From assembly GCA_012798435.1 (NCBI GenBank), contig JAAZNF010000028.1:94946-158945 (forward strand): 64,000 nucleotides of DNA, written 5' to 3'. Below are positions 28,427 through 38,377 of the stretch, piece by piece. Below the pieces are notes generated by a model. That model made no database searches. It worked only from the letters and a program-made list of their open reading frames with translations, and was not told the origin of the DNA. Source of the stretch: Myxococcales bacterium. GTDB lineage: Bacteria; Myxococcota; B64-G9. The translations under genes were made by a program, and so were the position numbers. Each line of letters opens with the position of its first letter. Positions within the stretch are counted from its first letter, which is position 1.

Positions 28427-29686
28427 CTAGTCGGCGCGCAGACGCTTGAGATCCCACAGGTGAACCGCCTCGGACGTGGCCAGGACGAGGAGAGGAGTGC
28501 GAGCATTGTCGGGGCCGACGGCGGAAACGGCAAGGTCCGCCGGCATTCCGGGCAGAGAGCCACCCCGTGTGATTTCCACCAGCGTCAGGTTATCCGCCGA
28601 GGTGGCGTCGTCGGAGAGCTTGAACTCCACGAGCGTCGTGTGGTTGTCTGGCGTCGTCTTGGCCTGGGACAGGATCACGATATTGAAGGTCTGTTCCTGG
28701 TAAACCACCATGTGACTGCAGGCTGGGCAATCCGCGATCTTGGGAGCGTCGTAGGTGATGCCGACCTTCCACGCGTAGAGTTGTGGCTCGGCGGGCGCGC
28801 TGAATATCCGCACCAGACCGAACAGCCAATTACCTCCGGGGGAGTAGGAAAGCTCGTCCGCCGAGCTCAGATCGGTGACGATGTCCGAAAAAGTCACGCT
28901 GTTGTTGTTGATGGTGGCCAGTACGATCTTTGTGGGAACCGAAATGTCGCGTCCGCCCAGCACCAGGTGAAACTGATCGCCCGGGAAGTCTACACTGTGA
29001 ACCTTGATCTGCGGGCTCGCCGGCTCGGCCAGCACCGCGGAGTTGGAATTGAAATCGGTCACACGGAGGAGGTTTTCATTATCGATGGTGGCGACGTAGC
29101 GCGACGACGCACCGGAGACCGTGAACTCCTCCGAGAGCGCCAACGCCTTCGCCATCACCTGTTGCCAGGGATTCATGACCAGACGCCAGTCGTTGGCCGA
29201 CCGCTCAAAGAACAGCAACCGATCCCCATCGAGGTTGCGGCAGCCGGCAATCAGCCCGTTGTGGTTGGGGAAAGGGAGGAGCGGACCGATGCCGAGGCAG
29301 TCCGTAGCGGTCCAGGGCGAATCGCGCGACGCCACCGGTATGACCACAAAGCGGCTCTCGTCGAGCATGAAGCCGATCTGCCAGCCCGCGGAGCGGCGAG
29401 GTTCTTTGGTGCACCCGACCAGAAGATAGGCCCATTCGCCGTCCTGCGAGAAGGAGAGCTCGACGTTCTCGCCGCAGGGGTTGGGAAGCGCAAGGTGGCC
29501 GCCGTTGCCCTGGTCGGCGAAGAGAACCCGCTCGGCGCAGGTGGCGAACGGGTCGCAGGTGATGCCGTTGCAATCGGCGTCCGAGTGGCAGGCCTTCCCC
29601 TGGGTGCCCCAATCGGGGATGAACACGTTGCAGTCCGCGCCGGCAAGCCCCAGCACGAGCACGAAGAAGGTTGTCGAAGCGCGCAT
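28427..29686 (-). CDS. Secreted/lipoprotein with a Cys-rich N-terminus and a probable beta-propeller
   Basis: C-x-SDADC module; SFSQDGEW, SYSPGGNW, VHLWDL (WD40-like); codon usage less GC-skewed than neighbours. Confidence 0.6.
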   Translation of the reverse strand: MRASTTFFVLVLGLAGADCNVFIPDWGTQGKACHSDADCNGITCDPFATCAERVLFADQGNGGHLALPNPCGENVELSFSQDGEWAYLLVGCTKEPRRSAGWQIGFMLDESRFVVIPVASRDSPWTATDCLGIGPLLPFPNHNGLIAGCRNLDGDRLLFFERSANDWRLVMNPWQQVMAKALALSEEFTVSGASSRYVATIDNENLLRVTDFNSNSAVLAEPASPQIKVHSVDFPGDQFHLVLGGRDISVPTKIVLATINNNSVTFSDIVTDLSSADELSYSPGGNWLFGLVRIFSAPAEPQLYAWKVGITYDAPKIADCPACSHMVVYQEQTFNIVILSQAKTTPDNHTTLVEFKLSDDATSADNLTLVEITRGGSLPGMPADLAVSAVGPDNARTPLLVLATSEAVHLWDLKRLRAD

Positions 29687-29687
29687 G

Positions 29688-30587
29688 CTAGAACCTCCCC
29701 GCCACGCCGACGCTGGCTCCGCCGCCCGGGAGCGGCGTGGCTGCCACCGTCGCCGAGGTGCCGTCGTCGAGTAGCCACAAGGTAAGTCCGGCGGCCATGA
29801 GGGCCGCCCCGGCGCCGAAGCTCGCCCACATCAAGCCGGTGAAGGTGCGGGTCTTGGCGAGCGAGCCCACCTCGCCTATGTCGTAGGCGTTCGCCTCCTT
29901 GAGCGCCAGGCCCAGGAAGGCGAAGCCCAGGGCCGAGACCCCGGCGCCCGACCACAGGGTGACGTGACCCCACAGGTTCAGGGCCGAGCGCGGCCGCTCG
30001 AGCTCACGGGTCACCGCGACCGCTCCCGCGGTGTCGCTCCTGGTACCGGTCTCGACCGCTGGGGGTACCGCCGGGGGGGAGGCACCACCGCTCGCGGGAA
30101 CGGCGCTCTCGCGCAGCGGCATCATCAGCTCCTCGACCAGCCCGGCCAGCGCGTCGATGAGTTTCGCCTGACCTCCCTCGACCTTGCGCGACAGGCCCTT
30201 TTCGATGCGAAGCTTGGACACGTCCATGAGTTTCAGGTTGACGAGGTAGAGCTGCTCGAACTGGCTGACGTTGCCCACCACCACCCAGCGTACCCCCAGC
30301 GCGCCGCCGATCTCCGAGGCGCAGCCGAGCTCGTCGCAGCCGAGAAGCTGGCGCTGCTCGTCGAAGTTGATCACCGCGCGGATGTCGGACTTGCCGATCA
30401 CCCGGAACCCGCCCAGCGCACGGATGGAGTTGGCCAAAAGGTCCCCGAGCGAGTCCATCTGCTCCTGGGTGACCCCCCCCTTGCCGGTGAACTCCATGAC
30501 CGCCACCGGGACCTCATCGGCACCCCAGGCCGTCGCAGCGCCGCATGAAAATAGGGCCATGAGAAAAACCCTGCCTGGAAAACGCAT
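29688..30587 (-). CDS. Secreted protein with a CsgG/DUF2380-like N-terminal domain and a C-terminal hydrophobic hairpin
   Basis: VAVMEF...RQLLGCDELGCASEIGGALGV, typical of myxobacterial PEGA-family proteins; ends in GVAGRF. Confidence 0.7.
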   Translation of the reverse strand: MRFPGRVFLMALFSCGAATAWGADEVPVAVMEFTGKGGVTQEQMDSLGDLLANSIRALGGFRVIGKSDIRAVINFDEQRQLLGCDELGCASEIGGALGVRWVVVGNVSQFEQLYLVNLKLMDVSKLRIEKGLSRKVEGGQAKLIDALAGLVEELMMPLRESAVPASGGASPPAVPPAVETGTRSDTAGAVAVTRELERPRSALNLWGHVTLWSGAGVSALGFAFLGLALKEANAYDIGEVGSLAKTRTFTGLMWASFGAGAALMAAGLTLWLLDDGTSATVAATPLPGGGASVGVAGRF

Positions 30588-30667
30588 CGTTCCTCCTGGG
30601 TTCACCACACCGCGAGTTGCCGCAGCAAGCATAGCGAATCGCCCCCGAGCTGACAACAGAAACCCCC

Positions 30668-31528
30668 TCACGGCCCCTTGGGCAGCGGCTCGAACATGAA
30701 CTTGCCCTCGACGAGGTCGGCCAGGCGCTTTCGTACCCGCTCCTCCTCGGTCGGGGAGAGTCCGGCGGAGAGCGCCTTGCGGTAAGAGAGCTCGGCCTCC
30801 TGCCGGTTGTGGACGTCGTAGTTCACGTCGCCGAGCGTAAGCCAGATGCGCGATTCGGCGGGGGCCAGCGCGGCGGCCTTGCGCAGCGCCCGGATGGACA
30901 AATCCCAGTGGCGCAGCTCACGGTACAGCCGGCCCATCTCGAAATAGCACTCGGCGCAGCCAGGATCGGCGGATGCGGCGATCTGGAACTCCTGGGCGGC
31001 CATGATGGTGTTGCCGAGCTTCCAGTAGTTGCGCGCCAGTTTCAGGTGGGGGCCGGGGTCTCGCGGCGCGTCGCGGCTCTCCTGGCGCAGGGCCTGCACC
31101 TCGTCCTCCAGCACCGCCGCCTGGTCCGCGAGGTCCGAAGGGAAATGCAGCAGGTACGCCCTCAGCACCGGCCCGCGCGGCTCCTGGGCGTCCGGCAGCC
31201 AGACCTCCACCACCCGTTCGCGCCCGTGCCAGCGGATGCGGATCCCTTCGCCCTCCGCTCGGAAGCGGACCAGGCGCTTTTCGAAAGTGAAAGGCGGACC
31301 CGCCTCCTCGCCCACCTCCAGGATGGACCCGCGCCGCACCCGGACCTCGGCCGCGCGGCCGTCCGGATCGCGGTAGCGCGCCCGGCAACCGCCCCCCGGC
31401 GCATTCGCTTCCAGCGACTCCAGGCGGTACTGCCCCAGGTTGCCCCGCAGGCACTCCTCCTCCCGGGCGGAGCCGCGGCAGCCCGCGAGCAACAGCATGC
31501 AAACGGCGGCCGACCCGGCGAGCTTCAT
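30668..31528 (-). CDS. TPR-repeat lipoprotein
   Basis: Lipobox LAGC; three TPR-like helical repeats in the C-terminal half. Confidence 0.75.
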   Translation of the reverse strand: MKLAGSAAVCMLLLAGCRGSAREEECLRGNLGQYRLESLEANAPGGGCRARYRDPDGRAAEVRVRRGSILEVGEEAGPPFTFEKRLVRFRAEGEGIRIRWHGRERVVEVWLPDAQEPRGPVLRAYLLHFPSDLADQAAVLEDEVQALRQESRDAPRDPGPHLKLARNYWKLGNTIMAAQEFQIAASADPGCAECYFEMGRLYRELRHWDLSIRALRKAAALAPAESRIWLTLGDVNYDVHNRQEAELSYRKALSAGLSPTEEERVRKRLADLVEGKFMFEPLPKGP

Positions 31529-31680
31529 GCGGCCCGGGACCTTCCCTCGGCGGGCAAGGTTCCCCCTCTCGTTCAACTGTCGCTTGCTTACGAGCCGTCT
31601 CTCTTCTCGCCTGGCCTCGCTCGCTCTCCCGGTCCCGTAGCCAGCCACCTCAAACAACAACAGATCCTCCTGCAAAGAGA

Positions 31681-31809
31681 GGAGCATACTCGCATGCTCC
31701 TCATACCAGCAATTTCAGCCGCAGCCCGATCGCCGTCAAGGGCGAGCGCAGCGAGTCGCGGAGCGACCGCAGGCCCTGGACGACACAGATCGGGCGGAGG
31801 CTATGCCTG
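31681..31809 (+). repeat. Hairpin repeat family A, copy 2
   Basis: Matches 23461-23589; compensatory stem change CCCGATC/GATCGGG. Confidence 0.8.
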
Positions 31810-31834
31810 ACGAGAAACGCGACCAAGCGACATC

Positions 31835-32575
31835 TCACGGCACCGGGGAAGGCGCCGGACGCGGCGCGGGCTGCTCCGCAGGCACCGGGGCCGGCGGGGG
31901 CTCGGGGGGGCGGACCTCGGCGGAGGGTTGGGCCTTGGCCGCCTCGATCACCTGGAGCAGGTTCTGCACCTTGCGCGACCACTCGGCCGCGTCGGCGAAG
32001 CGCCCCGAGCCGTAGGTGCGGGCGCGCTCGAATTTGCGCCGCGTGTCCTCGAGGAGCTTCTCCACCTGGAGGTACACCCGCTTCGCCTCCACGTAGTCCA
32101 CGTCCGCGGTGAGCCGCTGGATGTGCTGCACCTGCGCCACGTCCAGGCCCTGGAGCTTCTCGGCGCGCTTGAGGTAGCCCTTGCCCTTCTGGAAGGTCTC
32201 CTCGTCCTCCACGAACACCCGCTCTTCGACAAGCCTTATCAGGATGGCCGCCAGCTCGCGGTTGAGCGAGGGCAGATCGTCGAACTCGCGGTTCTCGGCG
32301 CGGAAGTCGCGCGGCAGCTCCAGCGGCGCGTACAAGGCCGCCTGCTCGGGGTCCTCGGGCTTGTAGCGGGTGCTCCCCCAGGGAAAGAAGATCCCCGCGC
32401 GCACGGTCACCTGGCCGCTCTCGACGGCCAGGTAGAACTTCTTGGAGTGCAGCAGCGACAGGAGATAGACGATGACGGCCAGCAGAAACAGGATGACGAT
32501 GCCCGTGACCAGCACACGGTTCGAGCGCCGGCGGCGCGGGGTCGCCTCCATCACCGGGGCCTCTTGTTCGCTCAT
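31835..32575 (-). CDS. Single-TM hypothetical protein (coiled-coil, Pro-rich tail)
   Basis: N-terminal TM segment; V..GIFFPWG...Y.P.DP..A.LYAP motif; RBS GGGAGG. Confidence 0.7.
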   Translation of the reverse strand: MSEQEAPVMEATPRRRRSNRVLVTGIVILFLLAVIVYLLSLLHSKKFYLAVESGQVTVRAGIFFPWGSTRYKPEDPEQAALYAPLELPRDFRAENREFDDLPSLNRELAAILIRLVEERVFVEDEETFQKGKGYLKRAEKLQGLDVAQVQHIQRLTADVDYVEAKRVYLQVEKLLEDTRRKFERARTYGSGRFADAAEWSRKVQNLLQVIEAAKAQPSAEVRPPEPPPAPVPAEQPAPRPAPSPVP

Positions 32576-32689
32576 GGCTTACCTCCCAAAACCATCTCCC
32601 CTCTTCGCGCGATGGGAACATGGTTTCCGAAGCCCATATACCCGTCGCTACCGGGAAATGCAAATCGACGGAATGCGCGCTCCGGCGCT

Positions 32690-33223
32690 TCAGGGGGCGG
32701 GCGGCGGGTCCAGCACCCCGATGAAGGGCAGGTTGCGGTAGCGGCCCTGGTAGTCGAGCCCGTAGCCGATCACGAACACGTCCGGGACGGTGAACCCCAA
32801 GTAGTCGATGGGGGTCTTCACCCGGGCGCGGCTGGGCTTGTGCAGCAGGGTGCACACCTTGAGGCTGGCCGGCTTGCGGGTGGCCAGGTTGTCGAGCAGG
32901 TAGCGCATGGTGAGCCCGGTGTCGACGATGTCCTCCACCACCAGCACGTCCTTGCCGTTGCAGGGCTGGGTGAGGTCCGAGGTGATGCGGATGACGCCCG
33001 AAGTGGTGGTGCGATCGCCGTACGAGCTGATCCCCAGAAAGTCCACCGTGAGCGGCAGTTGGATCTCGCGGCACAGGTCGGCGAGGAACAGGAAGCTCCC
33101 CTTCAGCACTGCCACCAGGTTGAGGTTGCGCCCGGCGTAGTCGCGCGTGATCTGCGCGCCCAGCTCGCGCACCCGCGCCGCGATCTGCTCCTTGCCGATG
33201 ATCTGCCGCATGCCCTCGTCCAC
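32690..33223 (-). CDS. hpt: Hypoxanthine phosphoribosyltransferase
   Basis: [38 protein letters not shown]; GTG start after GGAGAGGAGG. Confidence 0.95.
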   Translation of the reverse strand: MDEGMRQIIGKEQIAARVRELGAQITRDYAGRNLNLVAVLKGSFLFLADLCREIQLPLTVDFLGISSYGDRTTTSGVIRITSDLTQPCNGKDVLVVEDIVDTGLTMRYLLDNLATRKPASLKVCTLLHKPSRARVKTPIDYLGFTVPDVFVIGYGLDYQGRYRNLPFIGVLDPPPAP

Positions 33224-33246
33224 GCCGCCCTCCTCTCCGCCGCCCG

Positions 33247-34065
33247 TCAGTGCTCGGCGTTGTTGAGGAACTCGCCCAGGCCGCCCAGGCCGGGCACGAT
33301 GTAGCCGTGCTCGTTGAGCCCAAACTCCTCGCCCGGGCGCGCGCCGGGGAGCGAGCGCAAAGCCCGCTCGCTGCTGCGGCCCCGGTCCAGCCGGGCGGCG
33401 TACACGATGACGTTCGGGTGCTCGGCGCGCAGGCGGCGCAAGAACTCCGGGGTCACCACCAGGTTGATCACGATGATCTTGGCGATGGCATCCCCGCCCG
33501 CTTGAGCACGCACGAAGCGGATGCCCAGATCCAGCGAGCCGCCGGTGGCGCCCATGGGATCGGGGAAGAGCACGATTCGGCCCTCGTAGGAGCCGCCCAC
33601 CTTGGCGCCGGACACGATGGCGCCGCGCACCCGGCCGCGCCGGTCCACCTTGCGCTCCGCCATGAGGAAATCCTGGCGCACGTTGCGCTCGCCGAGCAAG
33701 AGCCCCATCTCCTCGAAGCACACCTGGGAGGAGAGCAGGCCCGCCCGGGCCACCCCCACGGTCACCGCCCGGGTCTCGGGATCGATGACCTCGCCGGACC
33801 ACACCGCGTCGGGGGCGGAGCGCGCCATGCGGGTGAGCACCGACACCGAGGCGCGCGGGAACTCGGCCGCCATCACCACGTGGATCAGGGTGCGGTAGAT
33901 GGCGCACAAGAGCTGCCCGCCCTCGATGCCGCGGGTTTCCGGGAGCGACAGCTTGAGCACCCGCGACACCAGCACCGGGTCGGACAGCACATGGACGTTC
34001 TTGCCGTAGCGGTGGGGGATCTGCTGCGGCCGGTAGACGAGGTGGCGGTAGCTCCGGTCAGGCAT
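33247..34065 (-). CDS. upp: Uracil phosphoribosyltransferase
   Basis: [20 protein letters not shown] loop, [16 protein letters not shown]. Confidence 0.85.
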   Translation of the reverse strand: MPDRSYRHLVYRPQQIPHRYGKNVHVLSDPVLVSRVLKLSLPETRGIEGGQLLCAIYRTLIHVVMAAEFPRASVSVLTRMARSAPDAVWSGEVIDPETRAVTVGVARAGLLSSQVCFEEMGLLLGERNVRQDFLMAERKVDRRGRVRGAIVSGAKVGGSYEGRIVLFPDPMGATGGSLDLGIRFVRAQAGGDAIAKIIVINLVVTPEFLRRLRAEHPNVIVYAARLDRGRSSERALRSLPGARPGEEFGLNEHGYIVPGLGGLGEFLNNAEH

Positions 34066-34069
34066 GCTC

Positions 34070-34651
34070 TCACTCCCGTTCCGGCGACTGGCCGGGCTCG
34101 GGTTGGAAACAGCGGCGGCAGCGGGCCTCGTAGGTGTCCTGCGCGCCCACCTGGATGCGGTCGCCGCCGGGCCGGATGCGCTGGGAGCGGTTGGCCGGGT
34201 TTCCGCACTTGACGCAGATGGCCAGGTTCTTGGTGATGTACTCGGCCACGGCCAGCAGGGCCGGCATGGGCTCGAACGGCCGCCCCAGGTAGTCCTGGTC
34301 CAGCCCGGCCACGATCACGCGCAGGCCGCGGTTGGCCAGGGTCTCGCACACCTCCACCAGCTCGGCCCCGAAGAACTGCGCCTCGTCCACGCCCACCACC
34401 TGCACGTCCGGCTCGAGCTTCTCCAGCATCTCCCGGGCGTTGGCGATGGGAACGGACTGCATGCGCTGGTCGCTGTGGCTGACGATCTGCTCCGGGTGGT
34501 AGCGGTTGTCGATGCGCGGCTTGAAGATCAGCACCTTCTGGCGGGCGATCTGGGCCCGGCGCAGGCGGCGGATGAGCTCCTCGGTCTTGCCGGAGAACAT
34601 CGAGCCGCAGATGACCTCGATCCAGCCGGTTTCCCGGGGCAGCGACTGCAT
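34070..34651 (-). CDS. tdk: Thymidine kinase
   Basis: GSMFSGKTEELIRR, VDEAQFF, AGLDQDY, CxxC...YEARCRRC. Confidence 0.96.
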   Translation of the reverse strand: MQSLPRETGWIEVICGSMFSGKTEELIRRLRRAQIARQKVLIFKPRIDNRYHPEQIVSHSDQRMQSVPIANAREMLEKLEPDVQVVGVDEAQFFGAELVEVCETLANRGLRVIVAGLDQDYLGRPFEPMPALLAVAEYITKNLAICVKCGNPANRSQRIRPGGDRIQVGAQDTYEARCRRCFQPEPGQSPERE

Positions 34652-34732
34652 GGGCCTCTCCCGCGTGAGCGTCCGCCCGTTCGCGGCCGAGACGGTACCC
34701 GCAAGGGGTTCTCAAGTCAAATCGGCGGGGGA

Positions 34733-34945
34733 CTAGATCTCCCAGGCCACGCCGATCGCTCCCTGGATCTCACAGTCCGAGTCCCAGAAGAACTTCGTGT
34801 TTTTCTCGAGCGGGAGCGACAACTTGAGGCTGGGCGAGAGCCGGCCGAACACGAGACGGCAACCCAGGTTGAGACAGAACAGATTCTCGCTCCCGAGCAG
34901 GTCGAAATCGGACACGGGGATCTCGACGTGCGCACGATGCGCCAT
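34733..34945 (-). pseudogene. Possible orphan C-terminal fragment of an outer-membrane beta-barrel gene
   Basis: Three amphipathic beta-strand-like segments ending in GVAWEI*; no signal peptide or RBS. Confidence 0.3.
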
Positions 34946-35009
34946 TGACGGCCGGGGCCGGATGCGCTTTGGTGGAGCCGTGGTCCACCTGCCACCGGGA
35001 GGTCCGTCC

Positions 35010-37112
35010 ATGGCGCGCGCGCTCTTCCTTTCGCTTTCGCTCTGGCTGCTGGGTTCTGTCGTGGGCGCGGCGTCGCCGGCCACGGCCCCGGAGCCCGACG
35101 ATCCCTTCCTCTGGCTGGAGGAGGTGAGCGGGGAGAAGGCCATGGCCTGGGTCAACGAGCGCAACGCCGAGTCCAGCCGCGAGCTCGCGGGCGACCCGGG
35201 ATTCGCCCGGCTCGAGGCCCGGCTGCTTTCCATCCTGGACTCCAAGGAGCGCATCCCTTTCGTGGAGCGGCTCGGGGAACCGCTCTACAACTTCTGGCGG
35301 GACGAGAAGAACGAGCGCGGGCTGTGGCGGCGCACCCCGCTCGCCGAGTACCGCAAGCCCGCCCCGGCCTGGGAGACGGTGCTGGATCTGGACGCGCTGG
35401 CCCGGCAGGAGAAGGAGGACTGGATCTGGAAGGGCAACGCTTGCCTGCCGCCGGAATACCGTCGCTGCCTGCTGTTCCTCTCGCGCGGCGGCTCGGACGC
35501 GGTGGTGGTGCGGGAGTTCGATGTGGTCGACAAGGCCTTCGTGCCGGACGGTTTCTTTTTGCCCGAGGCCAAGAGCGCCGCCGCCTGGATCGACCGCGAC
35601 CACCTGTTCGTGGGGACGGACTTCGGCCCGGGCAGCCTCACCGACTCGGGCTATCCGCGGATCATCAAGCGCTGGCGACGCGGCACCCCGCTCAGCGAGG
35701 CCGAGCCGGTCTTCGAGGGGCGGCCCGAGGACGTGTCGGCGTTCGGGTTCCGCGACCTCTCCGAGGGCTTCGAGCGCGACATCGTGGGACGGCGGGTGAG
35801 CTTCTTCGCCAGCGAATACTTCGTCCTCCTCGGCGGCAAGCGGGTGCACCTCGACGTGCCCCCGGACGCGGACCTGCAAACGCACCGCTCGTGGCTGTTC
35901 GTCACCCTGCGCAGCGACTGGATCGTCGGCGGCAACACCTACCCGGCCGGTTCGCTGCTGGCCATCGGGTTCGACGACTTCTTGCAGGGCCGGCGGGACT
36001 TCGCCACCCTGTTCGCGCCCGGCCCACGCATCGCGCTGGAGACCTTCACGCCTCTTCGAGACGGCGTGATCGTGAACGCCCTCGACAACGTGAGGACCCG
36101 GCTCACCCTGTGGCAGTGGCAAGCCGGCGCCTGGACCCAGAAGCCCATCCCGGGGGTCCCGGACATCGGCAGCGCCTCGGCGTTGGCCCTAGACGCCGAT
36201 CGCAGCGACGAGTTCTTTCTCACCTCCATGGACTTCTTGACCCCCACCACGCTCTCGCTGGGGAGACCGGGGACGAAACTGGAACCGCTGAAGCGGTTGC
36301 CGGCGTTTTTCCGGTCCGACGGGCTGATCATGAGCCAGCACGAGGCGGCCTCCGCCGACGGGACCCGCATCCCCTATTTCTTGGTCACGAAAAAGGGCCT
36401 CGTCTTGAATGGCCAGACCCCCACCCTGCTCTACGGCTACGGCGGCTTCGAGATCTCCCTGACGCCGTTCTACGCCGCCACATGGGGCGCGGCCTGGCTG
36501 GAGCGCGGCGGGGCCCTGGCCGTGGCGAACATCCGCGGCGGCGGCGAGTTCGGCCCCGCCTGGCACCAGGCGGCCCTGCGCGAGAACCGGCCCCGGGCCT
36601 ACCAGGACTTCATCGCGGTCGCCGAGGACCTGATCCGCCGCAAGATCACCCGGAGCGAGAAGCTCGGCATCATGGGCGGGAGCAACGGCGGGCTGCTCGT
36701 GGGCAACATGCTGACCCGGCGCCCGGACCTCTTCGGGGCGGTGGTGTGCCAGGTGCCGCTGCTCGACATGCGGCGCTACCGCAAGCTGCTCGCCGGCGCC
36801 AGCTGGATGGAGGAATACGGCGATCCCGACGACCCGCGGCAGTGGGAGTTCATCCGGACGTTCTCCCCCTACCATAACCTCAAGGCCGGCGTGCGCTACC
36901 CGCGGACGCTGTTCACCACCTCCACCCGCGACGACCGCGTCCACCCCGGCCACGCCCGCAAGATGGCGGCCCGCATGAAGGAGCTGGGCCAGGACGTGCT
37001 GTACTTCGAAAACACCGCCGGGGGACACGCCGGGGCGGCCACCAACAAGCAGAAGGCCCACATCATGGCGCTGGAATTTGCCTTCCTCGCCCGCCAGCTC
37101 GGCCTGCGCTGA
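35010..37112 (+). CDS. Prolyl oligopeptidase (S9A)
   Basis: DPFLWLEE, YGYGGF, NIRGGGEFG, GGSNGG (Ser), DDRVHPGH, GGH; signal peptide. Confidence 0.95.
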   Translation: MARALFLSLSLWLLGSVVGAASPATAPEPDDPFLWLEEVSGEKAMAWVNERNAESSRELAGDPGFARLEARLLSILDSKERIPFVERLGEPLYNFWRDEKNERGLWRRTPLAEYRKPAPAWETVLDLDALARQEKEDWIWKGNACLPPEYRRCLLFLSRGGSDAVVVREFDVVDKAFVPDGFFLPEAKSAAAWIDRDHLFVGTDFGPGSLTDSGYPRIIKRWRRGTPLSEAEPVFEGRPEDVSAFGFRDLSEGFERDIVGRRVSFFASEYFVLLGGKRVHLDVPPDADLQTHRSWLFVTLRSDWIVGGNTYPAGSLLAIGFDDFLQGRRDFATLFAPGPRIALETFTPLRDGVIVNALDNVRTRLTLWQWQAGAWTQKPIPGVPDIGSASALALDADRSDEFFLTSMDFLTPTTLSLGRPGTKLEPLKRLPAFFRSDGLIMSQHEAASADGTRIPYFLVTKKGLVLNGQTPTLLYGYGGFEISLTPFYAATWGAAWLERGGALAVANIRGGGEFGPAWHQAALRENRPRAYQDFIAVAEDLIRRKITRSEKLGIMGGSNGGLLVGNMLTRRPDLFGAVVCQVPLLDMRRYRKLLAGASWMEEYGDPDDPRQWEFIRTFSPYHNLKAGVRYPRTLFTTSTRDDRVHPGHARKMAARMKELGQDVLYFENTAGGHAGAATNKQKAHIMALEFAFLARQLGLR

Positions 37113-37161
37113 CACCCTCTACCCTTGCCGCCACGCTCGTAACGCCGCATAATCGCACCGC

Positions 37162-38295
37162 ATGCGCGCGTCGCCCGTTCGACTCGTGTCTTCCCCCGTT
37201 CTCGCCTGGCTCGCGGGCCTGGCCGTGGCCCTCCTTGTTGCCGCCTGCGGGCCCGGGACCATCGAGGAGATCGATCCCGACGGCGGGCAGACGGACGGGG
37301 GCCACGACGGCGGCGACGCCGGCCCCGACGGCGGTGGCGACATCGACCCCAACCAGGACAGCGACGGCGACGGGCTGCCGGACGTGTGGGAGCTTTCGGC
37401 GGGCGACAAGGCGCGCCTGGACCCGAACAAGCGCGACAGCGACGGCGACGGCACCCCCGACGGGGCCGAGGACTACGACGGCGACGGGCTGTCCAACCTG
37501 GAGGAGCTGGCCGCCGCGCGCTTTACGGCCATCCCGGCCGAACCGCCGCCCCACCCGCTGCGCCGGGATCTGCTCATCGAGCTCGACAGCATGAGCGGCC
37601 GGGCGCCGGAGGAGGAGGCGCTCCTCATGGCCGCCCGGGCCTTCGCCGCCCTGTCCTTGCAGAACCCCGACGGTTCGAGCGGCGTCCAGTTGCATGTTGT
37701 CCCCGACGAGCGGGATCTGCCCGCGCAGGAGTTCGACGGCTCCTTCGAGCAACGCTGGGCTTACCTCGCCGCTCACGGCCCCGAGATGAACGACGGCCTC
37801 TCCCCGCCCCTGCCGCTGCGAAAAATGGTCCACGTCATGGCGGTGGCCCGGCGCGCCGACATCCCCGACCGCGGCGGCGAGGTGGTGGCGGCCGACTCCG
37901 ACCCGGAGCAGGCCGGGGTGTTCATCTACCGCGACGTGATCGAGGCCAATTTCCCCGCCTGCGAGCGCACCATGCCCCCGCTGCTGCCGGCCATCACCGT
38001 GCTGGAGATGACCGGAAGCACCCTCATCCACGAGGTCGGCCACACCCTTCAGCTCGGCCACGACACGGCCGCGGGCGGCGGCGTCAACAGCTACAACATC
38101 ATGGCGGTGCCGGGAAGCTGCGGCGAGGCCCAGATGCGCACCCACGGCGCCGACAACCACGACCCCGACCAGGGCGCCACCGAGGAGACCGGCGAGCCGC
38201 GTTTCTCGGCCCCCGCCGCCCAGCTCATGCGCTGGACGCGCAAGCTCTCGGTGGAGACGGCGGCCATGGAGGACGAGGACGGCTACGAGATGTGA
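37162..38295 (+). CDS. Lipoprotein zinc metalloprotease with DxDGDG Ca-binding repeats
   Basis: Lipobox VAAC; three DSDGDG/DYDGDG repeats; HEVGHTLQLGH; NIM Met-turn. Confidence 0.8.
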   Translation: MRASPVRLVSSPVLAWLAGLAVALLVAACGPGTIEEIDPDGGQTDGGHDGGDAGPDGGGDIDPNQDSDGDGLPDVWELSAGDKARLDPNKRDSDGDGTPDGAEDYDGDGLSNLEELAAARFTAIPAEPPPHPLRRDLLIELDSMSGRAPEEEALLMAARAFAALSLQNPDGSSGVQLHVVPDERDLPAQEFDGSFEQRWAYLAAHGPEMNDGLSPPLPLRKMVHVMAVARRADIPDRGGEVVAADSDPEQAGVFIYRDVIEANFPACERTMPPLLPAITVLEMTGSTLIHEVGHTLQLGHDTAAGGGVNSYNIMAVPGSCGEAQMRTHGADNHDPDQGATEETGEPRFSAPAAQLMRWTRKLSVETAAMEDEDGYEM

Positions 38296-38377
38296 GGGCG
38301 CGCCGCCCCCTCGGCCTGCCGGTTCCAGCGCGCGGCCGATGGTCGAGCGCCTGGCGATCTTGCGTCGTCTTGCGTCG

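Noticed and set aside
27368-29785. Long antisense/alternate-frame ORFs (e.g. 805 aa here, 715 aa at 6482, 904 aa at 37386)
   Set aside because: These are shadow ORFs typical of high-GC DNA. They lie opposite or across genes with clear motifs. Only the 3' end of the 37386 frame (from 39495) looks real.
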